From contig JAVWAV010000004.1 in NCBI GenBank assembly GCA_036649855.1, forward strand, positions 23,011-76,897: a stretch of 53,887 nt of DNA. The letters are read 5' to 3'. This DNA is from Bacilli bacterium. Lineage in GTDB: Bacteria > Bacillota_I > Bacilli_A > RFN20 > CAG-826. Positions 10,311-22,440 of the stretch are shown piece by piece. The position numbers and the translations under genes are program-made. A model generated the notes under the pieces. The model ran no database searches, was not told the DNA's origin, and saw only the letters and a program-made list of their open reading frames with translations. Within the stretch, counting starts at the first letter, position 1, and every line of letters begins with the position of its first letter.

Positions 10311-11096
10311 ATGAAACTTTTTATTACTTTCTTATTTCTTTTTTTGCTTGGTTCAATGATTGGATACGTCATTGAATTATTTTTTCGTCGATTTGTTAGT
10401 ATGAAACGTTGGATTAATCCTGGTTTACTTCATGGACCATGGCTTCCAATATATGGATTTGGGCTTTGTTTACTTTTCTTTTTTAGTAATATGTTTACGT
10501 ATTGTGATATTTCCTTAAATTTTCATCTTGAAGCTTTCTTATGTATTTTATTATTTGGAGTAGCTGCTACCTTACTTGAATACGTAGGAGGAATGATCTT
10601 TTGTAAATTAATGCATATTAAATTATGGGATTATTCTAATATGAAAGGAAATATAAAAGGAGTTATTTGTCCTCAGTTTACAGCTCTTTGGATTATTGCT
10701 GCTATCATGTATTATTTTCTTTTAAAAACTCCATTTAATAATCTATTTAATCTAATATATGAATATATGTTTACTGCTAATAATATCTGGTTAATTCTTG
10801 TTATTGGATTACTATATGGTCTTCTTATTGGAGACTTTATTTCTATTATTAAACCATTTACAACAATTTCATCTATTGCTAAAGAAAATAAGTATGTAGT
10901 CGAATGGGAAAACATCAAATTACACATTAAAAAGAATATAAAAGACAAATCTTCCTTATCAACAATAATTTTAATAGATAATTTTATTTTAAAAGCAAAA
11001 AATGGTATAATAAAGCCGTTAACCAAGATTAAAGAAAAATTTTTAATCAAAAACACAAATCAAAATAATAACAAGGAAGAAAAACCAAATGAATGA
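10311..11096 (+). CDS. Polytopic membrane protein, CmpB / putative ABC-transporter type IV family-like (PF06541-like)
   Basis: 261 aa. The motifs GYVIELFFRRF..NPGLLHGPWLPIYGFG and KLWDYS match my memory of this family. It has multiple TM segments and is one of only a few plus-strand genes in the window. Confidence 0.55.
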   Translation: MKLFITFLFLFLLGSMIGYVIELFFRRFVSMKRWINPGLLHGPWLPIYGFGLCLLFFFSNMFTYCDISLNFHLEAFLCILLFGVAATLLEYVGGMIFCKLMHIKLWDYSNMKGNIKGVICPQFTALWIIAAIMYYFLLKTPFNNLFNLIYEYMFTANNIWLILVIGLLYGLLIGDFISIIKPFTTISSIAKENKYVVEWENIKLHIKKNIKDKSSLSTIILIDNFILKAKNGIIKPLTKIKEKFLIKNTNQNNNKEEKPNE

Positions 11097-11682
11097 TGTA
11101 GAAAACCCAATTCTTAAAGACTCTAGTGAAACAGTAGACGTTTCTAAAGACGTATCTTTATCCTCTCTTTACGCTAAACCAAAATTCTCTAACAAGACTA
11201 ATCTTCTTCATAAGAAAACTAAACACATGTTTTCAAAGCGTTACTTATCAATAATCGTCATATTTGATGCTGTCTTATTAGTTGCTAGTATCGTTTCATT
11301 TATTCTCGCTTTTATTCCAAGCTATGATAAAGCCGATACCTATAAAATAATTATGGGATCCTTATTCCTTGCTCTTTTTCTTTCACTAAATGTCTATATC
11401 TACGTTAATAAATATTCTGCAGATAAAAAAAGCATATCTAAAGATACTCTTCTAGTTAATTTCTTTGAAGAATCTCTTGTAAGTGAAGTATATGCTGCAG
11501 GAAACTTACTTTCTACTTATACAATCCACTACAATACAATCGAAAAAATCGAAATTGAAAAAGAATTCGTTAACATCACTTATTTAAACAATAAAAAACT
11601 CACACTTGAAATCGCTGGCTTTGATTCTAAATCCAACCTTCAAGAAATGATCGAAATATTTAGTAGTTATAAAAATAAATAA
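11089..11682 (+). CDS. Hypothetical membrane protein (two TM segments followed by a soluble C-terminal domain)
   Basis: 197 aa. The start overlaps the upstream stop by 8 nt (ATGAATGA). The TM pair is IIVIFDAVLLVASIVSFILAF and IIMGSLFLALFLSLNVYIYV. The topology resembles YcxB-like proteins, but that assignment is only a guess. Confidence 0.45.
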   Translation: MNDVENPILKDSSETVDVSKDVSLSSLYAKPKFSNKTNLLHKKTKHMFSKRYLSIIVIFDAVLLVASIVSFILAFIPSYDKADTYKIIMGSLFLALFLSLNVYIYVNKYSADKKSISKDTLLVNFFEESLVSEVYAAGNLLSTYTIHYNTIEKIEIEKEFVNITYLNNKKLTLEIAGFDSKSNLQEMIEIFSSYKNK

Positions 11683-11695
11683 TAATTTGATACGC

Positions 11696-11740
11696 AAATA
11701 AAAAAACGACTTATCGAAATTGATAAGTCGTTATTTTTTT
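11696..11740. terminator. Bidirectional rho-independent terminator between the convergent genes (rpoC and the plus-strand pair)
   Basis: An 11-bp perfect stem AACGACTTATC / GATAAGTCGTT has a 6-nt loop. An A-run lies on one side and a T7 run on the other. Confidence 0.75.
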
Positions 11741-11760
11741 GTTTTGTTTTCTTGAACAAA

Positions 11761-14700
11761 TTATTGTTCAATTTGCGTATCAACAACAGCTTCTGTTTCA
11801 GTTGCTTCATCAGCTGCTTGAACAGCACGAGCTTCTTTGATTGTTCCATTATAGTCATGGACACCAATATAGTTGTCTTTTACTTCTTGCATACGTTCAA
11901 GAACATCAAAGTTTTCCATTAATTTAGCTTCTTCATCTTCACTAAGGAGACCTCTTCCTGCTGGAATTAATCTTCCGGTAATGACGTTTTCTTTTAAACC
12001 ATGGAGAATATCTTTTTTGCCTTTAAGAGCAGCATCAGTTAAAACTCTTGTTGTTTCTTGGAAGCTTGCTGCTGATAAGAATGAATCAGTTTCAAGAGCA
12101 GCTTTAGTAATTCCTAAGATAAGTGGACGAGCTGCAGCAGGACGAAGTCCAGCTTCAAGTGCAATAGCGTTCTTATCGGTGAATTCAAGAAGTGAGACTC
12201 TTGTTCCAGGAAGCATATCAGTGTCGCCGTTATCGATAATAACGACTTTTTTAAGCATTTGTCTAATAATGACTTCAATATGCTTATCACTAATTAAGAT
12301 ACCTTGTGAACTATAGACTTTGTGAACTTCTTTTGTAATATATTTTTCAACAGCAGCGACATCACTTACTTCAAGCAATTCTTTTGGAGAAATTGCTCCT
12401 TCAGTAATCTTTTGTCCGTTAATAACTTTATCACCTAATTTGACTCTAAGTTTAGCAGCATATCCAGTCTTATATTGTTTTTCTTCAATATCATTTGTAA
12501 CAGTAACAATATATGTTCCAGAATCTTGTTTAATATCGGTTACATCACCTGAGATTTCGCTAATAATAGCGATACCTTTTGGATTACGAGCTTCAAATAA
12601 TTCTTGAACACGTGGTAAACCTTGTGTAATATCGGTTCCAGCAACACCACCCGTATGGAATGTTCTCATTGTTAATTGAGTACCTGGTTCACCAATTGAT
12701 TGAGCAGCCATAATTCCAACTGCTTGACCAATTTGAACAAGTTTTCCATCAGCAAGGTTACGTCCATAACAATGTACGCATACGCCATCGCGAGTTTCAC
12801 AACCAAATAATGATCTTATTTCAACTTGCTTGACGCCAGCTTCAACTACTGTTTCAGCCGTATGCTCATCAATTAATGTATTAGCAGGAACAATAATATT
12901 TCCAGCCTCATCAATAATATCATTAAGGGAGAATCTACCAACTAATCTATCATATAAGCTAACAAGGACTTTGCCTCTTGAGCTATCAATAATATCTTTA
13001 ACAATGGTGCCATGATCCGTATGACAATCTTCTTCACGGATAATAACATCTTGAGAAACGTCAACTAATCTACGAGTTAAATAACCTGAGTCAGCCGTTT
13101 TAAGAGCCGTATCAGCTCCACCTTTACGAGCACCATGGGTTCCTGTAAAGAATTCACTAACGTTAAGACCCTCACGGAAACAAGATTTGACTGGTAATTC
13201 GATGGTTTCACCGGATGTATTAGCCATAAGTCCTCTCATACCCATAAGTTGTGTAAAGTTTGAAATATTACCACGAGCTCCAGAATCCGACATCATAAAT
13301 AATGGGTTTCTTGGATTGCTCTTTAGTGATTTTTCAACGTCTTTACTGACATCTTTACCAATGGCATCCCAGACTTTACAAACTTCGTTATGTCTTTCTT
13401 CATCGGTTAAGTTACCTTCATCAAATCTAGTAGTAATATTTGCAATCTGAGCATCACCTTTTGAAACAATTTCTTCTTTATTAGCTGAAACGTTAATATC
13501 ACTAATTGAGACGGTGATTCCTGAAATAGTTGAATATTTAAATCCTTGATCTTTAATTTTATCAATAACTGCTGATGTTTTAGATGTTCCATAACGTGCA
13601 AATATTTCACTAATAATAGGTTCAAGAACCTTTTTAGTAAATGGCGTGCGAAGTGGAGCAGCAGCAATAAGAGACTTAATATCAGAGCCTTTAGGGGCAA
13701 AGAATTTAATATTATCAGCTTTTAAATTGCTTAAGTTACTTGGACTTAATTCATTTAAGTAAGGGAAATCACTTGGGAAAACAAGGTTAAATATTACTTT
13801 ACCAACAGTTGTGATTAAGTAAGATTCATTCATTTCTGGGGTAAATTCATCCTTAATTAAAGCTTTACCAATAATAGCAATTCTATTATGTAAGTGAACT
13901 TTATGACATTGATAAGCCATTAAAACTTCGTTAACATTACAGAAAACTTTACCTTCGGCTTCAATATATCCTTTATAAATTTCAGCTTCTTCAAGATCGC
14001 CTTGTGAAATAAATTCAGCAACACGTTCTTCAAAATATTTTTTATCAGCTTCAAGAGTTAAATAGTAGTTTCCAAGAACCATGTCTTGAGAAGGAATACA
14101 AATAGGTTTTCCGTCTTTTGGTCCAAGAATATTATTTGAAGCAAGCATTAAATTGAGTGCTTCTTCTTGTGCTTCTTTATAAAGTGGAACGTGAACAGCC
14201 ATTTGGTCACCATCAAAGTCAGCATTAAATCCTGTACAAACAAGTGGATGTAATCTAATAGCTCTTCCATCAACAAGTTTTGGTTGGAATGCTTGAATAC
14301 CTAATCTATGTAAGGTAGGAGCACGGTTTAATAAGACTGGATGACGATCAATAATTTTTTCGACTTCATCAAAGACTTCGGAATCTTGTCTATCAATCAT
14401 TTTATCAGCTTGTGCGTGAGACGCAGCAATCTTGTCATTGATTAATTCGTAAGCAATAAATGGACGTAATAATTTAATAGCCATCTCGCGAGGGATACCA
14501 CATTGATACATCTTTAAATCTGGTCCAACAGCAATAACCGAACGACCACTATAGTCGACACGTTTGCCGAGTAAATTTTGTCTAAATCTACCTTGTTTGC
14601 CCTTTAATATACTACTTAAAGATTTAAGTGGTCTATTTCCAGCACCAACAACAGGTTTACCATTTCTTCTACCATTATCAATTAAAGCATCGACTGCTTC

Positions 14701-15711
14701 TTGAAGCATTCTTGACTCATTCATCAAAATAACTTTTGGTGAATTCATTTCCTTTAATTTCTTAAGTCTATTATTACGTGTAATAACACGTCTATATAAA
14801 TCATTAAGGTCAGATGTTGCGTATCTTCCTCCATCAAGTGGAAGCATTGGACGTAAATCTGGTGGAATAACTGGTATTGTTCTTAAAATCATCCATTGAG
14901 GTTCGTTAGTGGAGTTTTTAAAAGCTTCAATTACTTCAAGACGTTTAACTAATTTAATAGATTTTTGGGTTGAAGCACCTTTTAAATCGGCTCTAATTTT
15001 GGTTGATTCAGCAGTAAGATCAACGTCTTTTAATAAACGTTCAATTGCTTCTCCACCTTCACCAAATTCAGCTTTAAGATACTTATGGAAAATATTAACA
15101 ATTCCATAATAATCAAATGTTTGACTAGTTCCTTGAAGACCTTCAATATAGTTTTCAACGACACTATAATCATAAATTGATTTATCACTAATTAAATCAG
15201 CGACTTCTTTAAGAGTTTGAACAAAGTCAACTCTTCCAGTTTTTTCATTAATAAATTGTTTATATCTTAATGTTTTACTAATACCAACATCAAGTACGAT
15301 GTGAGCGTTATAATAAATTACATCTTCTAATTCTTTTGGTGAAATATCAAGGAGTAATCCCATACGTGATGGAATTCCTTTTAAATACCAAATATGTGAA
15401 CATGGGGCAGCAAGTTCAATATGTCCCATTCTTTCTCTACGGACGTCTTTAGTTGTGACTTCAACGCCGCATCTATCGCAAACAAGACCAGAGTATCTAA
15501 TCTTTTTATATTTTCCGCAATGACATTCATAATCCTTACTAGGACCAAAAATCTTTTCGCAAAAAAGACCATCCATTTCTGGTTTTTGTGAACGATAGTT
15601 AATTGTCTCTGGTTTTGTGACCTCACCATGGGACCATTCTCTAATTTTTTCTGGAGATGCAAGATTAATTTGCATTGCAGATAATTGTTTTGTATCTAGC
15701 ATTGTTTTCAT
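11761..15711 (-). CDS. rpoC: DNA-directed RNA polymerase subunit beta-prime
   Basis: 1316 aa. It has the NADFDGD catalytic motif and an N-terminal zinc-binding Cys cluster. It follows rpoB. Confidence 0.98.
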   Translation of the reverse strand: MKTMLDTKQLSAMQINLASPEKIREWSHGEVTKPETINYRSQKPEMDGLFCEKIFGPSKDYECHCGKYKKIRYSGLVCDRCGVEVTTKDVRRERMGHIELAAPCSHIWYLKGIPSRMGLLLDISPKELEDVIYYNAHIVLDVGISKTLRYKQFINEKTGRVDFVQTLKEVADLISDKSIYDYSVVENYIEGLQGTSQTFDYYGIVNIFHKYLKAEFGEGGEAIERLLKDVDLTAESTKIRADLKGASTQKSIKLVKRLEVIEAFKNSTNEPQWMILRTIPVIPPDLRPMLPLDGGRYATSDLNDLYRRVITRNNRLKKLKEMNSPKVILMNESRMLQEAVDALIDNGRRNGKPVVGAGNRPLKSLSSILKGKQGRFRQNLLGKRVDYSGRSVIAVGPDLKMYQCGIPREMAIKLLRPFIAYELINDKIAASHAQADKMIDRQDSEVFDEVEKIIDRHPVLLNRAPTLHRLGIQAFQPKLVDGRAIRLHPLVCTGFNADFDGDQMAVHVPLYKEAQEEALNLMLASNNILGPKDGKPICIPSQDMVLGNYYLTLEADKKYFEERVAEFISQGDLEEAEIYKGYIEAEGKVFCNVNEVLMAYQCHKVHLHNRIAIIGKALIKDEFTPEMNESYLITTVGKVIFNLVFPSDFPYLNELSPSNLSNLKADNIKFFAPKGSDIKSLIAAAPLRTPFTKKVLEPIISEIFARYGTSKTSAVIDKIKDQGFKYSTISGITVSISDINVSANKEEIVSKGDAQIANITTRFDEGNLTDEERHNEVCKVWDAIGKDVSKDVEKSLKSNPRNPLFMMSDSGARGNISNFTQLMGMRGLMANTSGETIELPVKSCFREGLNVSEFFTGTHGARKGGADTALKTADSGYLTRRLVDVSQDVIIREEDCHTDHGTIVKDIIDSSRGKVLVSLYDRLVGRFSLNDIIDEAGNIIVPANTLIDEHTAETVVEAGVKQVEIRSLFGCETRDGVCVHCYGRNLADGKLVQIGQAVGIMAAQSIGEPGTQLTMRTFHTGGVAGTDITQGLPRVQELFEARNPKGIAIISEISGDVTDIKQDSGTYIVTVTNDIEEKQYKTGYAAKLRVKLGDKVINGQKITEGAISPKELLEVSDVAAVEKYITKEVHKVYSSQGILISDKHIEVIIRQMLKKVVIIDNGDTDMLPGTRVSLLEFTDKNAIALEAGLRPAAARPLILGITKAALETDSFLSAASFQETTRVLTDAALKGKKDILHGLKENVITGRLIPAGRGLLSEDEEAKLMENFDVLERMQEVKDNYIGVHDYNGTIKEARAVQAADEATETEAVVDTQIEQ

Positions 15712-15720
15712 CCTCCCCTT

Positions 15721-18700
15721 TTAGTTACCAAGCATTTCATTAACGTTACTTTCGTCAACAATTTGATCGGTCCCTTCAGCATTTTCTTCAGATTCAGAAT
15801 TATAAGTTCTAATACTCTTCATAGCTTTCTTTTCTTCTTTAGAAGTTTGACGAGCTAAATCATCCATATCAATCATTTCATTGTTTTGATCAAAAAGTGT
15901 AACATCTAATGCTAAACCTTTTAATTCTTTAACAAAGACACGATATGCTTCAGGAATTGATGGTTTTGGTAATTCAGTGCCTTTAATAATAGCAGCGTAT
16001 GTCTTTCTTCTACCAACTCTATCATCAGATTTAATTGTTAAAATTTCTTGTAAGACATGAGCTGCGCCGTATGCTTCAAGGGCCCAAACTTCCATTTCAC
16101 CAAATCTTTGTCCACCGTTTTGAGCTTTACCACCAAGTGGTTGTTGAGTAACTAAACTATATGGTCCAGTTGCACGAGCGTGTAACTTATCATCAACCAT
16201 GTGAACAAGTTTAATCATATACATAACACCAACGGAAATTCTTTCATCAAATCTTTCACCAGTTCTACCATCAAATAAGACAGTTTTACCATCAGGATTT
16301 AATTCAGCTTTCTTCATGATTTCGATTAATTCTTCATTAGAAACGCCATCAAATACTGGAGTAGCTACTTTAATTCCTAACTTTTTACAAGCAAGACCTA
16401 AATGTAGTTCAAGAATTTGACCAATATTCATACGTGAAGGAACGCCACACGGATTAAGCATAATATCAACTGGAGTACCATCTGGTAAATATGGCATATC
16501 TTCAATTGGTAAAATTCTACTAATAACACCTTTGTTACCATGACGTCCAGACATCTTATCACCTTCACTAATCTTACGTTTTTGAGCAATATAAACTCTT
16601 ACTTTTTCAAGCACGTTTGGTGATAATTCATCTTTAGCTTTAACACTAAATATCTTAACATCAACAACAATTCCAGCTCCACCATGTGGGACTCTTAAAG
16701 AAGAATCTTTTCCTTCTTTAGATTTATCACCAAATATAGCTTGGAATAATTTTTCTTCTGGAGTTGGTTCATTTTGTCCTTTTGGAGTAATCTTACCAAC
16801 TAAGATGTCACCTTCTTTAACTTCTGATCCAATAACAATAATTCCACGTTTATCAAGATGAGCCTTAGCTGCTTCTGAAGTATTTGGAATATCACGAGTA
16901 ATTGTTTCATTACCTAATTTAGTAACACGACACTCAAGTTCATATGATTCAATGTGAATTGAAGTATATGTATCATCCTTTACTAATCTTTGTGACATGA
17001 TAACAGCATCTTCATAGTTATAGCCATTCCACGTCATAAAGGCGATGGTCACGTTTTGTCCAAGAGCTAAATCACCATTATCCATTGCGGGACCATCGGC
17101 GATAATATCTCCATATTTAATATCTTGACCAATTTTTACAATTGGTTTTTGGTTGATACAGGTTCCATTATTTGAACGATCAAATTTTTGTAATCTATGT
17201 TCAAATATATCGCCGGTATCGTTTTGAATAGTAACTTTTTGGGAATCAACATAAATTACTTTTCCACTAATTTTTGCCGTAACAGCTAATCCGCTATCAT
17301 GAGCAATAATATGTTCCATTCCAGTTCCAACAAATGGAGCTTCTGGATGGAGTAAAGGTAATGCTTGACGTTGCATGTTTGCACCCATTAAAGCACGAGT
17401 ATTATCATCGTTTTCAAGGAATGGAATACAAGCAGCAGCAACGGAAATAATTTGTTTTGGTGAGACGTCAATATAATCAATTTCATTAACATCACATAAA
17501 ACGTTTTCGCCATTGCTTCTAGCAACTGATTCTTTATCAATAAAGTAACCATTTTCATCAAGTCTAGCATTAGCTTGAGCAATTTTATGGTTACGTTCTT
17601 GGTCAGCACTAAAATAAACGTTTTCTTCGGTAACTCTTGCTTTTAATTCGCCATTTACTGTTTCATGAGCAACACGACGATAAGGAGTTTCGATGAATCC
17701 GTATGTATTAACCTTGGCATAGCATGCAAGGTTATTAATTAATCCAATATTTTGACCTTCTGGAGTTTCAATTGGACAAATTCTACCATAGTGAGTAAAG
17801 TGAACGTCACGTACTTCCATACTTGCTCTATCACGGGTTAATCCACCAGGTCCAAGAGCACTTATTCTACGTTTGTTAGTTAATTCAGCTAATGGATTTG
17901 TTTGATCCATAAATTGAGATAATTGTGAACTTGCAAAGAATTCTCTAATAGCACTTGTTAAAGGTTTAACATTTAATAGTGATTGAAGGGTTAAATCTTC
18001 AGCACTAGAAATTGAGATCTTTTGAGTAACAGTTTTAGCCATCTTTGTAAGACCAATTCTAAACTGTGTTTGTAATAATTCACCAATACATCTAATTCTT
18101 CTATTAGCAAGGTTATCAATATCATCAGTTTCACCAACTTCTTGCATAATATTAAGGAAAGCACTAAAAGTAGCAGCAATATCGCTAATTGTTACACGAT
18201 GGATATTTTCCATAATGTCGTTACCAACAATATTTACAACTTTACTTTTAGAAGCATCTGCATATACTTTCACAATATATACATTTGCACGATCATCAAG
18301 ATTGGTATTAATATTTTCAAGAGTTAATTTATGAGCACCTGTTTCAAAAAAACCTTTTGGAGCATCAGGTCCATTTTCAATTCTTTTTAATCTACTAATA
18401 TCTTCTTTTGTTAATAAATGATTTTTTTCAAAAAGAACTTCACCATCAACAGAGATTAAATCTTCAGCTAAAATTCTGTCGATTAATCTGTTGTAAGGTC
18501 CCAGTTTTTTATTGTATTTATAACGTCCAGCGTTACCAATATCATAACGTTTTTCATCAAAGAATTTTTGAACCAAAAATTCGGTAATACCTTTATCAGT
18601 AATTGGTTCACCTGGTTTTAATTTCTTAAAAATTTCTTTTAAGGCGTCTTTTTCAGTCTTAATATCGACGTCTTTTTCCCATGTTTGAGCAAGATCTTCG

Positions 18701-19344
18701 GTCTCGCCAAAAATAGCAACAACGTCTTCATATTTTGTAAATCCTAATGCCTTAAGCAATGTTGTTGCTGGCATTTTTCTTTGTCTATCTATTCTAACAG
18801 ATAAAATACCTTTACCGTCACTTTCAAATTCAAGCCATGTACCACGGCTTGGAATTAAATCAGCGTTAAAAGTAAATTTTCCGGTTTTATCCCTAGTTTT
18901 AGCTAGATATGCACCTGGAGATCTTACGATTTGAGAAACAATTACTCTTTCAGCACCATTTACAATAAATGTTCCACTTGGAGTCATGACTGGGAGTTCT
19001 CCCATGAAGACTGTGGATTCTTTTATTTGTCCGGTTGTCATGTAATTAAGTCTTACAGTGGCTTTAAGAGATTTTGAATATGTTAAGTCTCTTGCTTTGC
19101 ACTCTAGTGCATCGTATTTTGGTTCCTCTAAAACAAATGATTCATATTCAATTTGAATACTACCATCTTGTGATTTTATAGGAAAAACATCCTTGAAAAC
19201 TTCGTCAAGGCCATGTTCAATAAACCAACCAAATGATTTAGTTTGAATTTCGACTAAGTATGGAAGCTCTAACTTTCCAGATACTTTAGAGAAATCAATA
19301 CGATTGTTATTCATTACTTTATAATCTTTTTCTAAAATTTTCAT
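15721..19344 (-). CDS. rpoB: DNA-directed RNA polymerase subunit beta
   Basis: 1207 aa. Conserved beta-subunit blocks are present, for example [15 protein letters not shown] and NMQRQA. Confidence 0.98.
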   Translation of the reverse strand: MKILEKDYKVMNNNRIDFSKVSGKLELPYLVEIQTKSFGWFIEHGLDEVFKDVFPIKSQDGSIQIEYESFVLEEPKYDALECKARDLTYSKSLKATVRLNYMTTGQIKESTVFMGELPVMTPSGTFIVNGAERVIVSQIVRSPGAYLAKTRDKTGKFTFNADLIPSRGTWLEFESDGKGILSVRIDRQRKMPATTLLKALGFTKYEDVVAIFGETEDLAQTWEKDVDIKTEKDALKEIFKKLKPGEPITDKGITEFLVQKFFDEKRYDIGNAGRYKYNKKLGPYNRLIDRILAEDLISVDGEVLFEKNHLLTKEDISRLKRIENGPDAPKGFFETGAHKLTLENINTNLDDRANVYIVKVYADASKSKVVNIVGNDIMENIHRVTISDIAATFSAFLNIMQEVGETDDIDNLANRRIRCIGELLQTQFRIGLTKMAKTVTQKISISSAEDLTLQSLLNVKPLTSAIREFFASSQLSQFMDQTNPLAELTNKRRISALGPGGLTRDRASMEVRDVHFTHYGRICPIETPEGQNIGLINNLACYAKVNTYGFIETPYRRVAHETVNGELKARVTEENVYFSADQERNHKIAQANARLDENGYFIDKESVARSNGENVLCDVNEIDYIDVSPKQIISVAAACIPFLENDDNTRALMGANMQRQALPLLHPEAPFVGTGMEHIIAHDSGLAVTAKISGKVIYVDSQKVTIQNDTGDIFEHRLQKFDRSNNGTCINQKPIVKIGQDIKYGDIIADGPAMDNGDLALGQNVTIAFMTWNGYNYEDAVIMSQRLVKDDTYTSIHIESYELECRVTKLGNETITRDIPNTSEAAKAHLDKRGIIVIGSEVKEGDILVGKITPKGQNEPTPEEKLFQAIFGDKSKEGKDSSLRVPHGGAGIVVDVKIFSVKAKDELSPNVLEKVRVYIAQKRKISEGDKMSGRHGNKGVISRILPIEDMPYLPDGTPVDIMLNPCGVPSRMNIGQILELHLGLACKKLGIKVATPVFDGVSNEELIEIMKKAELNPDGKTVLFDGRTGERFDERISVGVMYMIKLVHMVDDKLHARATGPYSLVTQQPLGGKAQNGGQRFGEMEVWALEAYGAAHVLQEILTIKSDDRVGRRKTYAAIIKGTELPKPSIPEAYRVFVKELKGLALDVTLFDQNNEMIDMDDLARQTSKEEKKAMKSIRTYNSESEENAEGTDQIVDESNVNEMLGN

Positions 19345-19384
19345 CCTATGGCTCCTTTGTAGTTTTTACGCGTTATCAACCCTA

Positions 19385-19987
19385 CTATTTTTTTGCTTCG
19401 TAAACATAATATCCATGTTCTCTATAAATAAGAGAGACCGAACTATATATACTAGACAAATACTTGGATGCACTTTCAGCACCATGTGATTTTCTTATGA
19501 CAATTATCAGTGAACCACCATCAATTAAATGAATGAAACTATCACTAAACATTTTATATATAACGCTCTTTCCCGCTCTTATTGGGGGATTAAGCAACAC
19601 ATAATTAAACTTCTTATCATCAATAGCACTAAATATATCGCTATATAATACTTCAACTTTGTTTTCACAATGCAATCTTGCTGCATTGTTTGTTGCAAGA
19701 GTAACGGCTGTCTTATTAATATCGACTAAAGTATAGAAACTTTCCTCTTTATTAATAATACAATCTGTTAAACCAATAACTCCAATTCCACAACCGAGAT
19801 CGAGTATTTTTCCTTTATGAGGAATTTTTGTAATTGCTTTAAGCAAAACTCTACTTCCATCATCAAGCTTACTTTTTGAAAAAATACCGTTATTCGACAT
19901 TAAAGAGAAATTAGAGCCAGCAAACGTATAATTAACCAAAATATCTTTGTTTTTTACATCTTGATCATTATCAAAATACTGGCTCAT
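19385..19987 (-). CDS. Class I SAM-dependent methyltransferase (RsmC-like, at the ybxB position)
   Basis: 200 aa. Motif I is ILDLGCGIGVIG and motif IV is NPPIRAGK. It sits between rplL and rpoB, exactly where B. subtilis carries ybxB. Confidence 0.8.
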   Translation of the reverse strand: MSQYFDNDQDVKNKDILVNYTFAGSNFSLMSNNGIFSKSKLDDGSRVLLKAITKIPHKGKILDLGCGIGVIGLTDCIINKEESFYTLVDINKTAVTLATNNAARLHCENKVEVLYSDIFSAIDDKKFNYVLLNPPIRAGKSVIYKMFSDSFIHLIDGGSLIIVIRKSHGAESASKYLSSIYSSVSLIYREHGYYVYEAKK

Positions 19988-20011
19988 TTATTACTCCTTA
20001 AAATGCACGAA

Positions 20012-20037
20012 AACCTGCCCATAGAAATGAGCAGGTT
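20012..20037 (-). terminator. Weak hairpin / possible attenuator downstream of rplL
   Basis: A 7-bp stem AACCTGC / GCAGGTT has a 12-nt loop, followed on the minus strand by TTCGTGCATTTT. The T-run is poor. Confidence 0.3.
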
Positions 20038-20057
20038 AAAAATGTTGTAAAATAGAC

Positions 20058-20429
20058 TTATTTAATTTCGCATTCAGCACCAGCTGCGACAAGAGCTTTC
20101 TTGTGTTCTTCAGCTTCGACTGATGAGATGTGTTCTTTAACAGCGACTGGTGCGCCATCAACTAATTTCTTTGCATCCATTAAGCCTAAGCCTGTGATAG
20201 CTTGAACTGCTTTAATGACTGCAACTTTTGATCCGCCGATTGCCTTAATCCAAAGAGCAACTTCGACTGGTCCTGTAGCGACTTCTTCTTCAACGGCTGC
20301 TGCGGCTGCAACTGGTGCGGCGGCGGTAACACCGAATTCTTCTTCTACTGCCTTAACTAATTCGTTAAGTTCTAAAACTGTCATTTCTTTTAATGATGCA
20401 ATGATTTCTGCATTTGTTAATTTTGCCAT
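20058..20429 (-). CDS. rplL: 50S ribosomal protein L7/L12
   Basis: 123 aa. It has an Ala-rich hinge and a conserved C-terminal domain (KIAVIK-like, [11 protein letters not shown]). Confidence 0.97.
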   Translation of the reverse strand: MAKLTNAEIIASLKEMTVLELNELVKAVEEEFGVTAAAPVAAAAAVEEEVATGPVEVALWIKAIGGSKVAVIKAVQAITGLGLMDAKKLVDGAPVAVKEHISSVEAEEHKKALVAAGAECEIK

Positions 20430-20467
20430 TTTATTTTCCTCCTAATTGATATTGAAATATTGGCTTA

Positions 20468-20950
20468 CTATTTGTCGGCAACTGCTTTAAGCGTACAAGC
20501 AAATTGACGAACTGGTGCTTGAAGCACCGATAAGAACATTGAAATTAATCCATCACGGTTTGGTAATGTAGCAATGACTTTCATGCCAGCTGCATCAAAT
20601 ACCTTTCCTTCAACAATACCAGCTTTAATAACTAAAGATGGATTGGCTTTGGAGAACTTTGTGAGAATTTTTGGACCTTCTGAAATGTCTTTTGAAAAGA
20701 CAATAGCATTTGGACCTTCAAGATAAGGCATTAGATCAGCGTGACCTAAACCTTCTGCTGCTCTACTTACAAGTGTGTTTTTAAAGACAAACATTGAAGC
20801 ATTTGAATCTCTTAATTGCCTTCTTAACTTAGTTAATTTAGCAACGTCAAGACCACGATACTCAACGACGATGACTGAACCTGCGTTCTTCATGTCTTCA
20901 GTGATTGTTGATACAATCTCACTTTTCTGTTTCAAGACTTCTTGATTCAT
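20468..20950 (-). CDS. rplJ: 50S ribosomal protein L10
   Basis: 160 aa. It lies upstream of rplL and reads as typical L10 sequence. Confidence 0.96.
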   Translation of the reverse strand: MNQEVLKQKSEIVSTITEDMKNAGSVIVVEYRGLDVAKLTKLRRQLRDSNASMFVFKNTLVSRAAEGLGHADLMPYLEGPNAIVFSKDISEGPKILTKFSKANPSLVIKAGIVEGKVFDAAGMKVIATLPNRDGLISMFLSVLQAPVRQFACTLKAVADK

Positions 20951-21098
20951 GTTTTGACTACCTCCTTTTTTCTAATAAAAAATATATGAGGTTCCAATAT
21001 CCATTCGGTTATTGCAATTTTTATATAAAATTACCTCGGTAACATAATTAAGCCTTAGCCGTTACTGTCTTTGGTATTTGGAACACACAACCTAATTT
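20951..21098 (-). promoter_or_regulatory. Candidate L10-leader type autoregulatory 5' UTR with attenuator hairpin
   Basis: This is a 148-nt spacer between rplA and rplJ. The minus strand contains paired segments GTAAC..GTTAC and GAGGT..ACCTC, followed by a T6 run just before the SD AAGGAGG. Firmicutes are known to carry an L10 leader at this position. I did not verify the consensus. Confidence 0.4.
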
Positions 21099-21782
21099 TT
21101 AGCGACCGTCAAATGTAATATGAATTGCTGGACCCATTGTTGCATGCATGACAGCATTCTTAATATATGTACCTTTAACAGCGGCTGGTCTAACTCTTAC
21201 AATTGTATCGGTAATAACTTTGATATTTTCAACAATTGCTTCGGAAGAAAAACTAACACGTGCAACAGAGAGATGCATATTGCCATCTTTGTCAACACGA
21301 TATTCAATCTTACCTGCTTTAATGTCTTTTACTGCTTTAGCAATATCCATTGAAACAGTTCCAGTTTTTGGGTTTGGCATTAAGCCTTTTGGACCAAGGA
21401 TTTTTCCTAACTTTCCAAGTTCACCCATCATATCAGGAGTTGCAACGATTACATCGTATGCAAACCAGCTTTCAGTTTTAATCTTTTCGATAATTTCTTT
21501 TCCACCGACAAAATCAGCACCGGCGGCTTTGGCATCATCGATTTTATTTGTAATTGCAAGGACTACTTTAGTTTTACCATTTCCATGTGGTAATACTAAT
21601 GTTCCTCTAATTTGTTGATCTGCTTGTTTTGGATCAACGTTTAGTTTGAATGAAAGTTCAATAGTTGAATCAAATTTAACTGTTGAAGTTTCTTTTACTA
21701 AATCTGCTGCTTCAGCTATTGTGTATAGTTTTTTTCCATCAACTAATGCACAAGCTGCAGTATATTTTTTGCCTCTCTTCAT
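21099..21782 (-). CDS. rplA: 50S ribosomal protein L1
   Basis: 227 aa. It starts MKRGKKY and is typical L1, following rplK. Confidence 0.97.
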   Translation of the reverse strand: MKRGKKYTAACALVDGKKLYTIAEAADLVKETSTVKFDSTIELSFKLNVDPKQADQQIRGTLVLPHGNGKTKVVLAITNKIDDAKAAGADFVGGKEIIEKIKTESWFAYDVIVATPDMMGELGKLGKILGPKGLMPNPKTGTVSMDIAKAVKDIKAGKIEYRVDKDGNMHLSVARVSFSSEAIVENIKVITDTIVRVRPAAVKGTYIKNAVMHATMGPAIHITFDGR

Positions 21783-21828
21783 TTTATTTCCTCCTGTGGT
21801 TCTAGCGAGCTGTTACTCTTCCACTCTT

Positions 21829-22239
21829 TTATTCGTCTATTGCGATTCCCATATTGCGAGCTGAACCTTCAACAACTTTCATAGCTGCTGCGATATCATT
21901 GCAATTGAGATCAGGCATTTTGTATTCGGCAATTTCTTGTAACTTAGCCTTTGAAACATGGCCAACAATTGTTTTAGAATTTGCTGATGCTTTTTTAAGT
22001 CCTGCTGCTTTTAATAATAATCCTGCGACTGGAGATGTTTTGATGACATAATCAAATGATTTGTCTTCATAGGCAGTAATAATAACTGGTACTATTTCCC
22101 CTTTTTTATCAGCTGTCTTAGCGTTAAAATCTGTACAGAATTTAGGCATGACAATGCCAGCTGATGCTAATTTTGGTCCTGGTTTAGCTTCTCCGCCAGG
22201 TAACTCCATCTTAACTACTTTTGCGATCTTTTTTCCCAC
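21829..22239 (-). CDS. rplK: 50S ribosomal protein L11
   Basis: 136 aa. It has a GTG start 8 nt after the SD GGAGG and a conserved PGPKLASAG-type N-terminal domain. Confidence 0.94.
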   Translation of the reverse strand: MGKKIAKVVKMELPGGEAKPGPKLASAGIVMPKFCTDFNAKTADKKGEIVPVIITAYEDKSFDYVIKTSPVAGLLLKAAGLKKASANSKTIVGHVSKAKLQEIAEYKMPDLNCNDIAAAMKVVEGSARNMGIAIDE

Positions 22240-22384
22240 GTGACTTACCTCCTTTTATTTTGTTTAGTTTGTCCGTGCTGTGGTTAAAGGACTAATCGTT
22301 CATCCTCCCACGCCTCACATACGCGCATATGTATCCATTAAATACTATGCTGTTAAATAATATCACTTTTCGCTTCAATATAAA

Positions 22385-22425
22385 AGCAGAATTTAATGTT
22401 TCTTTTCTTCACATTAAATTCTGCT
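22385..22425 (-). terminator. Terminator hairpin after nusG
   Basis: A 15-bp perfect stem AGCAGAATTTAATGT / ACATTAAATTCTGCT has an 11-nt loop. It starts 16 nt downstream of the nusG stop. The trailing T-run is short (TTTAT). Confidence 0.55.
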
Positions 22426-22440
22426 GTGTTTAACGACTAA

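Noticed and set aside
11873-12316. The ORF track lists long ORFs on the strand opposite core genes. Examples are 11873-12316 in rpoC, 21148-21618 in rplA, 30690-31082 in hydA, 32067-32480 in hydB, 39959-40456 in rpsE, 40573-40950 in rplR/rplF and 45176-45640 in rplV. It also lists short same-strand out-of-frame ORFs inside fusA, rpoB, rpoC, cysS and other genes.
   Set aside because: They lie entirely within strongly supported conserved genes, lack SD sequences, and have low-complexity compositions typical of shadow frames. I treated them as artefacts of codon bias rather than overlapping genes.
22240-22384. A GC-enriched spacer upstream of rplK, considered as an L1-binding autoregulatory leader.
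   Set aside because: It is plausible by analogy with the E. coli L11 operon. However, I could not identify a convincing mimic of the 23S L1-stalk site by eye. Part of the spacer is already explained by the nusG terminator and a possible extended -10 (TGATATTAT).
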